Below are positions 50,046 through 63,300 of a DNA stretch of 64,000 nt, one piece after another. A program made the position numbers and the translations under genes. Position 1 is the first letter of the stretch. Each line of letters starts with the position of its first letter. This DNA comes from a virus (Duplodnaviria; Caudoviricetes): positions 32,001 to 96,000 of the IMG/VR virus record IMGVR_UViG_3300031555_004942; one strand, written 5' to 3'. The notes below the pieces were generated by a model, which worked only from the letters and a program-made list of their open reading frames with translations, did no database searches and had not been told where the DNA came from.

Positions 50046-50072
50046 AAAAAAGTTATTAAAGGAGAAAAAATT

Positions 50073-50678
50073 ATGAATAAAATGAAATTAAGTGAAGTTA
50101 TTAAATTACACCAAAGTTATCAAATGAATGAAATGACTCATGATGCATTTGTAGAGGCTTTAAATAATGTTTATGTGAAGAGTTATATTACAATTAGAGA
50201 AAAAATTGCTGGTGTGATTAATGTTTTGTTTGGATGTGAGTATGATGAAGAAAGTATTGTCGAAAGATATGCTCAGTTAGAAATGAATAAGTTTTGGTAT
50301 ATTATGATGCTTTATACTGATATTGAAATGGAAGAAGAGTATATTAATGAAGATAATTATGAACTTTTATATCCTACATTAAGTACTGCTATATATACAT
50401 ATGCAATGAATGACTTTAGTGTGACTTTAAGAATTATGGAGCAAATTATTAATGATAACAGATATGGTGAGATGATAGAAATATTTGAATCAATTTCTGG
50501 TACTAATTTTGATGAATTAATTCAAAAAGATAATGAAGTGATGAATGCTTTAAAGGGAGATAAAGAGTTTATAAATAATCTTGTACAGTTATTTAATCAT
50601 ACAGATCCTGCGATTGGTAAAATAAATAAAGAAATTGAAAAATCAGTTGCAAAAGAAATCAAAAAAACAAAAGAATAA
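50073..50678 (+). CDS. hypothetical protein (possible tail chaperone)
   Basis: ATG 50073 after AAAGGAG; upstream of the tape-measure gene. Confidence 0.65.
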   Translation: MNKMKLSEVIKLHQSYQMNEMTHDAFVEALNNVYVKSYITIREKIAGVINVLFGCEYDEESIVERYAQLEMNKFWYIMMLYTDIEMEEEYINEDNYELLYPTLSTAIYTYAMNDFSVTLRIMEQIINDNRYGEMIEIFESISGTNFDELIQKDNEVMNALKGDKEFINNLVQLFNHTDPAIGKINKEIEKSVAKEIKKTKE

Positions 50679-50770
50679 AGTTGTGTGTAAAATAATATTA
50701 TATACAATGATAAGAAGTCATGCTTATGCATGGCTTCTTTTTTTATCTTTTAGGAGGGAGGAATAAAAAT

Positions 50771-51319
50771 ATGGATAATCAAAAAAGATGGCAAGAAATT
50801 AGATCACAATTAGATAAAGCAACAAAGGATTTAGTTCCTAAAAATAGGTTTAAAATTAATGATACAATTATGAAAAAAGCACAAAATATAATGACTAAAA
50901 AATCTTTAAGTTTAATTTATGATGATTATGGAAATCAACTTTATGAAAAAACTTCGGATGTACAAAATTTTATATCATGTAAAAAAACAGGAAGCACATT
51001 TATTCTTGTTAAAGATGATAACAAATTGATAGAAACACAAAACAAAAATGATGAATTTAATACTGACTTTATCTCTTATGATTCTTTAGAAGAAGTTCAT
51101 AAAGATAATGTTAAGTTTGATATGAGTATAGATGAAAATACAGGATTTAAGCGAAATACTGATTATCTATATTTGCAACAAGAAAAAGATAAGAAAAAAG
51201 ATGATGTTATGAGTCAAGGAATTGATGAAATAAAAGATTATATAAATAGAACAGGAAGAAGAGAACTTAATAAAATTGATATAAATTTTGTAGGTTCTAT
51301 TACAGAAAGGGGTATATAA
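50771..51319 (+). CDS. hypothetical protein
   Basis: ATG 50771 after GGAGG. Confidence 0.65.
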   Translation: MDNQKRWQEIRSQLDKATKDLVPKNRFKINDTIMKKAQNIMTKKSLSLIYDDYGNQLYEKTSDVQNFISCKKTGSTFILVKDDNKLIETQNKNDEFNTDFISYDSLEEVHKDNVKFDMSIDENTGFKRNTDYLYLQQEKDKKKDDVMSQGIDEIKDYINRTGRRELNKIDINFVGSITERGI

Positions 51320-51323
51320 TATT

Positions 51324-54300
51324 ATGGATAAAGATATTAAAAAAAATGAAACAACTGGTTTCTGGGATACAAAAAAATGGAGAAATTTTCTTTCAGATAT
51401 GCAAAGAAATGCAGGTTCTTTAGGAATAAATAGTGAAGTAAGTGAATTGATGAAAAAAACTCTTTCAGATAATGCTTTTAAAGCAGATTTTAAAGGAGTT
51501 CAGAAACTTTTTGGGCAAATTCAAGATTTGCAAGGTGGGTTAGATGCTCTTAAAACAATAAAAAATAGTTCTACTAATTTATATAAAGATTTTGTACATA
51601 ATCTTTATGGAACTACTTCAGGAAGTGATTATCTTAAGGAATATACATCTCAACAAATAAAACGATTAAATCAAGTAAAATCTATTGTGAGTGGTCAAGA
51701 AAAAGAATTGACATGGGCAACTAAAATGATAGAAAATGGAACTATTATTGCAGAGGGATATAATCTTGCAGGTAATAAAGTAAGACGTAGAGAATATACT
51801 CAAGGTAAAAGCAAACCTGTTTTTTCTAAAGGTGTTGATTATGATAGAAGTGGTAAAATTTCGGCTTCTTATTCTCCTTATAGATATAATGATGTTAATA
51901 GTAGGGGAGATGTTGTATCAAGAGGGGGTATGTTGAAAACACATTATGATAAAAATGGAACTGTTGTAAATCAAGATATTGTAGATTATAGAACCTCTAA
52001 ATCTATCACTCAACCTGTATCTAAAACATATAGACCAAATCAAGTTCTTAAATCAACATATAAAGGAGTAGGTCCTACAAATAATGATATTTTTATTATG
52101 GGAAATCAGAGATATTCTAAGTTTGTATCAAATAGTCCTATTCAATTAGATAATCAAAAAGATAAATTTGGAAGATACAATGGTGCATTAGAAAGGTTGA
52201 GACAAGGAATTGATGAATCAATTGCTAACATTGTAAATCAAGGAACACAAGCTATTGATAAAATGTCTGTTAGTACTGTAAAAGGAAGTAATTCAAGGAA
52301 GATAAGTACATCTTCTTTTAAAGGAATAGATCCTAAGAAAATGAATTATTTTGATTTTGAAACAATTGGTCAATTAGGTCTTGGCAATTTTATGCCTACT
52401 CAATTTTCTGTTAGACACCAAGATGGTAAAGTTGATAGTAAAGTTTTAAAAATGTCTCAAAAAGGACAGGAGTATATAAGTGGGATTTTAAAAGATTTAA
52501 AATCAGGAAATTGGGGAAATTTGAATAATGATAAACTTAGGGATTTAACACATATGGCAGATTTCTCTGTAATTAACGGAAAGATTGCTACAAAACACGA
52601 AAATTTTTCTGGAATTCGTCCAGATCAAATTACTGGTAATTTATTAGCTAATATAGAATCTGGTTTTGAGATTTTAAAAAATGCTGAAAAATATACTAAT
52701 GGTACTGCCGATGCAAAAAGTGCTATAGAAAATATGTTAAAATCAACTAAAGGGACTATGGTTGGACATAATATTAGATCTTTTGACAATGAAGTATTTA
52801 AGCAATTAGGTGTTGATTTTTCAGATTTTAAATTTTTAGATACTTTAGAAATGGCTAAAAAATATTATAATTATGGAGATATGAGACAACATATTAGTGG
52901 AGGAAAATCAGTACATAAACGATTGATGGGATTTAGTCAATCTCATCTTCAGGATTTCTTCAATATTGATATGAGTGATTTATTAAAACAAGGTATTAAT
53001 CAACATACTGCAGAATATGATACGGAATTAAATAAAAGAATTGCTGAAGCAATGTTTAAAGAAATAAATTCAAATCAAGTAAAAAATCGCTATGTGGGAG
53101 GAAAAGTTGGTTCAGTAAAAGTTGGACAGGTTGGAACAGCAACTAAAGGGCATTTCAGACAACATGCATATGATTTTAAAACAGATGCAATGGGAAAAGT
53201 TTTAAGAAAAAGTGAAAATGAGTGGAATGATTTATTGATGAGAAGTGGTGGGCAATATGCCTATGAAGGAAAAACATCAATAACTGATACTAAAGGTGTG
53301 GCTCGTAATTTTGCTAAATTCTTTGATTTAAATAGTGGTGAATCTGTTTATAAATATGTTGCTGATGATGTTGACCTTGGAAAATTTATGAGTGATATTT
53401 TTAATGGACATTTTTCAACAATAAAAGATACAACAACATCTGCAAAAGCTTCGATTTTTAGAGGAGATACAGGTTATGCTAATTTATCTGCATTAATGTC
53501 TGCATTACAAGGCAATTCTGTTTCTCAGAGACAACAATATAGAGCCAATATGCTTAAAGAAGCAGATGGTGGTAAATTTATTACAATGGCTCAACAAATC
53601 TATAAAGGTTTAGAGGGCAGTGGGTTATCAGATATTCAAAAAAGTTTAGCTTTAGAATTAATGGGTTCAAAAATGGGAATGTCTCAACAAAAAATGTTTT
53701 CTATGAATAATATTAGAGATTTAATTTCTTTAAGTTCTGGAGGTACTGTTAATGGGACAGTTTCTGCTTTGAAAACATTTTTAGGAAAAAATAAACAGTT
53801 CTTTGCGAATTCATTAGAGTATAGTAGTTTGTTTGAAGATATTGATATAGCATCAAGAGGTATGTCAGATTCAGCTATGGGAACGTCAGGAGATAATTTT
53901 TATGGAATTTATCAACGAATTGCTGAACAACTAAGAGGAAGTGATTTTGCAAAACAATATGAATCACAACTTAAATTTAATAAAGATGTGTATAAAAATG
54001 GATATGATATTAATAGTATAGTAAAAAAATCAATTGAAGACGTAAATAAATTTGTTAGTAATACTGGAGAAGATGCTTTGGAAAGAATTTATTCAAGTTC
54101 ATCCAGCGAAATAAAATCAGCTCTTGATGGAAAGTCATTAAATAAAAGATTGGGAAATCTACAAAAATTAGGTGTATTAAAAGATACGTCTATGGTTGCG
54201 ACAAAAAGTATTTCAGAACAATTATCAAAAAGTATAAAAGGGTTACAAGAAAGTGGTATTGGAACACGAATTAGTCTTTCTGGAGATGGTACTGGATTGA

Positions 54301-57300
54301 ATTTAAGCTTATTCGATAGTGCTGATTCAAAAAGTATATCATTTAATTCAGAAGGAAAGATGATATTAGATCCTAATAGATCTGCTTCTGTGTATATTCC
54401 ATTAGATAAAGGAAATGGAATATTAGATGATAATGGAATGTTAAAAACAAATATGATGACTACAACTTATGATGGAGAATCAGGTTTTAAATTAACAACA
54501 TTACAAGATAAAATGATTGAATCTATTACAAGAGTTTTAGATTCAGGTAGTATTAGAAAAAATATGTCGGAGGGTAAATTTTCTGCTATAAATAGTGCTT
54601 TATTTCATGCGAAACAAAATGCGTTGAATTTATCTCCATCGGCAGGTACTTATAAACAAGGTTCTATTTGGAATGACTATGAAGATTCTTTTAAAGTTGG
54701 GGCATCTCCTGAACAAATGGCAATAAGAACAAGTATGGTAAATTTAACAGATGGTATTGTTAATTTGTTAGATCAAAATTATGATATTACTCCAAACAAT
54801 ACAGAATCATATAATTATAGTCAAGCTATTCAACATGTTATGGATTATGCAGCCTTATTATCAAAAGGAATTCCGAATATAAATGATATGATTTCAGGAG
54901 AAAACTCACCATATTCATGGATGATAAAAAATGGTAAAGAAGGAGCTTTTGAAAAAACAACATCTCATTTACAAAAATTAGTATCTAATTTACCTATGAA
55001 TTTAAGTGCAATAAAAGAAGCAGCTTATTTAAATCAAACTTATGGCTTATTAGGGACTGGAGGTTTTGCTCCAGGATTTGAATGGCATCCAGAAGACCAA
55101 AGAAATATTGCTCAATCACATAATAGACTTAAATTGAAAAAAGCAACAGGATATGCTAAAGAGGCTATGAAAAAAGATGTATTTACATCAGACGTTGCAA
55201 AAATTTTTGGTTTTACTCCTCAAGATACTGTTGAAGCAGGATTAGTTACAGAACAGCATGTTTATGAAGGATATAAAAAAATGTATGAAGCTCAAATGCG
55301 AGATGAGGGTAAAATTAAACCTGAAACAGATGCATGGAATAAAGAATTAAAAAGGAGAATGTCTTCATCTCCTATGTTGTCGGTAGAAAATGATAGTGGT
55401 ATTATAGCTAAAGATTTTGCAGATAGTGCTTTTTATTCCATGGAAAAATCTATGACCGTAAATGAAGAAGATTTTTATAAAATTTTAAATGGTAAAACAA
55501 TTCAAAATATTGAAAAATCGGGGTTACATGTATTAGACAAAGGATATAATCTTAGTCAAATGTCTATTGGAAATAAAACTATTCATGATGGAGATATTTT
55601 AAAATCAGTAACAAATAATGGGGATGGCACATATTTCTTAAAAATGGAAGAAATATTGAATATGGGTAAAAATGCTCATTCAAAGGCAATTTCTGGATCT
55701 GGAAATAGATTTACTGTAGGTTTGGCAAATAGTGATTTAATGAAGTATATAGCTGAAGCAGCAGGATTAAGTTCTGTTCCTACAATGTTTTTAAAGAAAA
55801 AGTTAGAGCCAAGTGAAGATGAAAATGGTAATAAAGTATATAAAAATGAGCTTAAACAAAAAGATATTGCAGGAGCATGGAATGAAAGACTTCAAAAAAT
55901 ATTTTCTGATTATTTATCTCAGGGTGGAGATAATAATATACAGAGTTTATATAACAGTTTGCCAAAACAAATGCAAAAATATTTTTCTATATCTGATGGG
56001 CAATTAAAAGGTAGTAGTTATTTTGATGGGACTTCATGGAAAATAAAGGGTTCTAATGAGGAATTATTTGAGAATGAATCAGATATGAAGCATTTCTTTG
56101 ATTTAAATCAAACAGGATTAATTGCACAAACAGCAAAAAATTTAGGTGTAACATATGACCCAAATATGATAAGAACTGCTGTTAATATGGCAAATGAGTA
56201 TTCTTATTTTTCTGGATTTGGATATAATCCAGATGAGGCTGAATTTGATAGTAAACATAAAGTAACTATGAAAGAACAAGATGCTGTTCGTAGAAAAATA
56301 GGAGCATTAAAAACAAAAGATAATACGTTTGAAACATTTTCTAAACATATGGCTGATTATATTACTAAATCAGAGTTACAACTACAACCCTTACGACAAA
56401 AAGCTACGAGAATTGATAAAATAGTAAGCACAGCGGCTAATGCTAACGCAAGTGAAGCAAAAAAAGCTATTGCTTTAGGGGAACGTACTCTTAAAGTTGT
56501 TGATAGATCAATAAATAGTGAATTAGCTGATGATGAAATTAGTTTACATTCATTAGGAAATCATAGAGGAATTACAAAAGATGGTAAAATATCTGAAAAT
56601 GCATGGAAAAATACTTCTGCAGGTATTTTTGCAGAAAGAGCTAAAAAATTAGGATGGGGAGAAGATTATCAGATTGTTTATGAAGGACAACCTGTACAAA
56701 TTACGACAGGTGAAGGTCATGTAATGCAAGGAAGTACTATGGTTTTTGGCAATCATGGTTCAGAAATAAAAAAAGGAAAAGTTGCTCCTTCTTCTTTAGA
56801 TTCGTCTGCGGATAGAGTTTGGAATGCTTTAAAAGCTATAAAGACAGGAACATATCAGGGAGATATCCCCGCTGATGAATATGTTGCAAATCTTTATAGT
56901 TCTTATTTAAAAGATACTTATGATATGACTCATAGTAAAGAGAGTCCTTTATTTCAAGAATTAAATTCTAAAAGATTAACAAATGCGACAGCAGGAAAAG
57001 CTGCAGGTACGAACTATGTTCAAATGAGAGCAGATTTTGGGAATGCATATAGTAATGCAGTTATGGTAAACCCAGAGCATTTAAAAGAAATGCTTTCTAT
57101 TGATAAAAAAAATGTGTCTAAAGAAGATTATAATGCATATAAACAAAACCTACAATGGATGTATGAAGATTTAGTCCCTCAAAATAATCGTATAAAAAAT
57201 ATGAATAGCGTATCTTCTTTAATTGATGGAATTGTTAATGCTGTGACAATTGAAAATTCAACATCTGGACCATTAACAAAAGGATTAGAATCAATGTTCC

Positions 57301-60300
57301 ATCGTTTCCCATCAACTAATGGATTGGATGAGTATTTTGGACAATTATTTGTTTCTAAAGGATTACAAAAAGGAAACATATCTGTAGGAGCAGGTCTTGC
57401 GTTAAGAGAAAACTTAGACTTTGATGGTGATGTTCAATATGCCGCATTATTGGGATTAAATAATAAATTTAAAGATAAAAATGAATGGAATAAATTTAGA
57501 AAAGAAAATACTAAAATAAGAACATGGGATGAGAATATTTCAAAAAAACTACAAGCAAAAGTTCTTAGTGAAGCTAATGTAGAAAATAGTGATGTATATG
57601 ATTCAGAAAATGTTGTAAAAGCATTGCAACAATATAATGAAACAGTGTCAACTCCTGTATTTTCTAAAAAGAATTTTGGAAAAATAGGTGGATTATCTAA
57701 CTTCTCTACTGCTGTTAGAAATAAAATGAAAAATGCAGGTATTGATGAAACTTCAAGTTCTGCAACTATAGAGCAAAAAGCAAATGCAATAATGACACGT
57801 TCTGTATTTGAACTATTTGAACAAGATGCTATAAGTTCTAAAAAAGTTGCTCAACGTATGCTTTCAAAATCAGAAGGAAATGAAAAAGCACTTATTGATG
57901 ATTTAGATAATTTTTATAAAATGTTAAGTAGTATGGATTATTCATCAAAAGGGGCAAAATGGAGTTCTGTATTTGCAGAAGCAGAAAGATTAGGTATTTT
58001 TGGGAAAGATGGAGTTTTTGATACCAGACAAGCTCATAATGCTGTTTCTACTATAGAAGAACTTGGTAGATATCATGGTTATGGTGGTTTAAAAGGTGGA
58101 GTTGCAGGTAGAGCCTTATTAGAAAAAGTATTTGGAAAAGGCACTGTTGGTAGTTTTTATGATGAAAAGGGGAATCTTTTATCTGGAGATGTATTAAAAA
58201 CAGCAGGTGTTGTATCTCGTGATGCTTATTTGAAAGCAGTAACAGCTATTGATGAAAGTTTAGGAAAAGATTCTTTAAGTTCTGCGATATATGATGAAAA
58301 AAATGTTATTGGTCGTGCTTCTCAAAAATCTTATGAAAAAGCTGTAAGAGAATATATGAAAACGTTCTCTAAAAACCATGGTATGGGAAAAATGACAAAT
58401 AAGGACATTTATGCATCGGGAATTAATGGTACAACACTTATTGATAATTTATCGCAAGAGAGTGGACAAACAGTTATTCCTGAGGTTCAACAACAAGGAG
58501 GTCAAGCAGGACTTGCATTATCTCAGGATGCAGTTGCAATAATTGAAGCTATTACAAATGCATTAAATGGACAGACTGCAGCATGGAAAGAAAATGGAAT
58601 GGCTGTAGGAAATGCTATAAAAAATACAAATGCAATGACTGTAGCTCAAAGAAAAAATGCAGAATTAATGAAAAATCCTGTTAATGCAAGAAAGGCAGGG
58701 TTAAATGTTCTTCCTGGTGAAAACATTATGGAAAATTATGATAATATTGTTCATTCTGCATTAAGTGGCTCAGGTCAATCTATGTTTACTGATGAACTTA
58801 TGTTTAGAAATATAAGAAAAGCAGAATTAGACCAAGAAACTCATAAATATTTTGTTGATGGTAAACAGCAAAATATTGATTTCTCATTATCTCAAGCAGG
58901 AATTTTAGGAAGAGAAAATAAAACTTTTACTGAATCTTTTGCGACTTCAGAAAGAAAACAGTTATTTAAACAATATTTAAATGGTGAAGATATAAAAATT
59001 AGAAATTCTTTATCTGATATGCCTACTGTTTATTCTAGTGCTAATGGCAATCAAATTAGAGATTTAAGAGATTTAGAAGATAAGGCAGGATATTATTTCC
59101 AAGATATCGCTGCAACTGAAAGAGGTAGAATATTAGGTGATGTTACTCATGATATGTTAGATCATTATTCTCAGTTGAGTAATACTCGACTTAAAAGTAT
59201 GACTCCTGATAGTTTTATTTCTCAATATTTCGCAGGAAATGTTGCAGGTACTAAACTTAATGATTTATCAAAAGAATGGAGTTTAGCTGGAGGAACAGGT
59301 TCTTTGTTAGAAAATCTTCAAGGAATTTCAGGAAATACTTTTAAGGCTATAAATGATCTTAGTATTGTAGGTATTGATAAATTATTTAAAGATGCAAGTA
59401 AAAATAATTTATTGTCTCAATCCGAACAATCTTTTGTGGGTGAAATATATGATCCAGTTACAGGAGCTTTAAAAACATTTGGTGGTACATTTGATGCTAT
59501 TTTAAAAAATATGGTAGTAGACTATAAAACTGCTAAAAATCCTGATGTAAATAAATTTGCTGTACAATTGGAAATGTTATTAAGGACTATTGAATCCTAT
59601 GCAGGTTCTGGATTAAATGATAGTGCAGTGCAAGAATTATACTCGCAGATATCTAAAGCAGGTATTGCAATTCATAATACTCAAACAGGTAATACTTCTG
59701 CAATACAATTAACAAGACCAAGTAATGCTGCTTTGGCAAAAACAATGAATTATATTCAATATAGTCAATCTTTGCAAGATATGTCTGAAATTAGAGATCC
59801 TAATTTTGTAGATCTTGTATGGACAAAAGGAGATCTTAGAAGATTTTCAAATAATAAATTACAAAATGCATATAGAAATATTAGTGAATTCTTATATCAA
59901 GGGTCTACATCTGGTGGCACATCTGAAGAGAATTTTCAAAAATTTTTATCTGGTTTTGCAAAAGATGGATTAACTTTCAAAAAGAATAAAGGAACTTCGG
60001 AAAGTAATAAAGGAACTTCTTCTTGGTTTGTAGATGATAATGGACAACGTATGGTTATGAGCGTAGATTTTGCTAATGGTAGAGTGTCAAGTCCAAGTTC
60101 ATTAAAAGTTAGAGAGCTTATTTCTGATGAAAAAGGAAAATATTTAAGTGATGAACAAACATACTCTCATTATTTAAATGAATATTTAAAAGCATATCAA
60201 AGATATAATGATTTCAGTTTGTCAGATGAGGAACAAAGACACGCTACAGCTAATTTTAATAAAATGCGTGAAAAACTTTTCAACTTTGAACAACAAGGAT

Positions 60301-63300
60301 TTTTAACACCTGAAAAAATCAATGAATTAAGACAAGCTCATTTAGATAGTCCTGAAGCAGAAAAGATGTTGAAAGCAATAGGAGAACCTCCAAAAGAAGC
60401 ATCTCAAAGGAATTATGTAAGTGCATATCAGAGATTATCAGAAGCTCAAAATAAAATAAGATATCAGGAAAGTTTACCTACAGCTTTAAGAGATTCAAAA
60501 GTTTATGATACAGAGATAATGAATGCTCAAAAAGCACAAGCTGATTTAGATAAAGCTCGTCTTGAATTGTATTCAAAAGAAGGTGGTGGAGTTAGAAGTG
60601 ATGTAGAAGTACAACAATTGCAACAAAGATTGCAAGATTATGTTAATTTCCATCCTTCAATGTTAGGAAAAATAATTCCTCAAGAAGCATCTTATGAAGA
60701 TATTACAAGATTAGCAAATGATGATAGTAAAAGTGCAGGATATAATAAAATTTTATCTGACAGATTAGCAATAATAAAACAACTTGTTTCTGCACAAAAT
60801 GAATTAAATTCTCTTGTTAATAGTGGAGACAAAAAAGCTATTACTAATGCAACAGCAAAAAGAAATCAAGCACGAGCAGAACTTGACAATATAAATAAAA
60901 TTATTGGTGAATTAAATCCTTATTTAATAGATGCAAATAAACAAATTGTTTCTGATACAATGCAAGAACAAGATAAAATATTATCAGGCGAATCAGCAAA
61001 TCTTGAAAAAGGTACAAAAGAGTATGAGCAAAGAAAGCATATGGTTGAAGATTTTAAAAAATATAATAAAGAAATATTAGATTTGCAAGAAAAACAACAT
61101 GCTATTCAAACTAAAATGAAACAAGGAAAAGCAACAACTGATGATTATGCTCAACTTCAACATATACAAAAACAAATTTCTGATACTCAGGCAATTATGC
61201 CTACACTTGATAAAGATGGTTTTATTTCTGATAAAACAGGAGCTAAGTTTAAAACAACTGAAGCTCAACAAGCTGATATTCATCATACATTCGCTCAACA
61301 AGAAAGAGATTATAATAAGCGTATAGCTGAACAAACTATGCTTGCAAGTGGTAAAAAAGGGCTTGGAAATTATTTAAAGAATTTAGGCAAACAAACAATT
61401 GGATATTTTAGTATGTCGATGTCCTATAAAATTATAGGTATGATTACTCAAATCTTCTCTAGTATAATTCAGAAAACAAAAGAATTTAATAAAACAATGA
61501 TTGATATTCAAATTGTTACGAGAAAATCATCTAATGAGGTTGGAGATTTAGTTAAAGAGTATAACGGATATGCTAAAGAATTAGGGGTAACAACACAGGC
61601 TGTAGCAACTTCTGCAAACCAATTTTTACGTATGGGTTATAATGCTCAAGAAACTGCAAAGTTAATTGAAAGTTCAATGAAATTATCTAAATTGGGTATG
61701 ATCGAAGCAGGTCAAGCGGCTGAATATCTTACATCTGCAATAAAAGGATATCAATTATCTGCTCAAGAATCTGAGAAAGTTGTTGATATGGCTACAACTC
61801 TTGATATGAGTTATGCAGTCGATGCAGGATATATTTTATCAGCAATGTCAAGAACAGCTACTTCTGCTAAATTAGCAAAAGTTGAAATGTCTGAATTACA
61901 ATCAATGATTGCAGTTATTGGTGAAACAACTCAGAAAGATGCATCTGTTGTTGGTGAGAGTTTAAAAACTGCATTTGCAAGATATGGTAATGTAAAAGCA
62001 GGTGTTGCAGCAAAAACTAATTTATCTGATTTAGATGAACAAAGTAAAGATGAATTAGAAGCTGTAAATGATATTGAAAGAGTATTAACTACATATAACA
62101 TAGATGTTAGAGAATCCGATAATAAAACATGGAGAAGTTATTCTAACATAATGAAAGATATTAATGAGCAATGGGCAAAATATTCTGATTATGAAAAGAA
62201 TGCGATTGCTACTGCTATGTTTGGTACAAGACAGAGAGAAAATGGATTAGTTGTTCTTGAAAAATATAATGAAGTATTAAAAGCAAATGAGAAGGCTATA
62301 AATTCTGAAGGAACAGCAAATAAAAAATATGAAACATATCTTACAGGTGTAGAAGCTGCTCAAAATAGATTTACTGCGACATGGGAAAAATTCATCAATA
62401 ATATTAATGGTAGTGATGGATTAAAAGTATGGTATAATCTTTTAACACAGATTGTTGAAATGATGAATCATTGGAAATTAATCTTAGGAGTAATTGTTGC
62501 AATGAAAGCTCCACAGATCTTTACTGCCTTTGGTAAGTTTTCTAATTCTTTTGGTGGATTTTTTACTGGTGCAAAAAAGACATGGGGATCTGCAACTTCT
62601 GGTTTTAAAGAAAAAGGATGGTCTGGAGTTTGGCAAGGAACAAAACAAGCTTTTAAAGATAGTTGGGGCGACATTGAGACCGATGCTAAAAATAAATTGA
62701 GTTTAAAAGCTGAAGTTCATGAAGCTAATAACCTTTTAGCACAAATATTACAAACACTTCAAGGAAAAGATATTGATGGGGATAATGATTCAAATACTAC
62801 ACAATCTGCAGGTTCAAAATCTTCAACACAAAATAATTTAAATAATCAAAATGTTCCTATTTCATTATTAGGTAATGGTCAATCAAATCCAAGACCAAGT
62901 GGGGGAGTTAATATAATTCCATCAGACGGAAGTGTTATTCCAATGGGTGGAACTGTAAAAAATGTTCTTTCTTATGGAAATAATCCAATATTATTAGGAA
63001 ATGGCTTTGTTCCTCAACCTGTAGGAAATGGTATTATGTCATTACCTCAAGGTAATATTATAACAGATCCATCATTAATGTTACCTCCTGCAATAAGTGG
63101 AGGTCCTGTAGGTAAAGCTATTTTACTACCAAAAACAGCAGGGGGAGTTAATGTAATTCCATCAGATGGAAGTGTTATTCCGATGGGTGGAACTGTTGGT
63201 AGTGTTATTGATAAAAAGAAAAAAACAACCAATAAAAAAGAAAAAGCAGAAGCAAGAGCTAAAAGAGAACAAGAAAAACAAAAAATTAAAGATGCACAAA

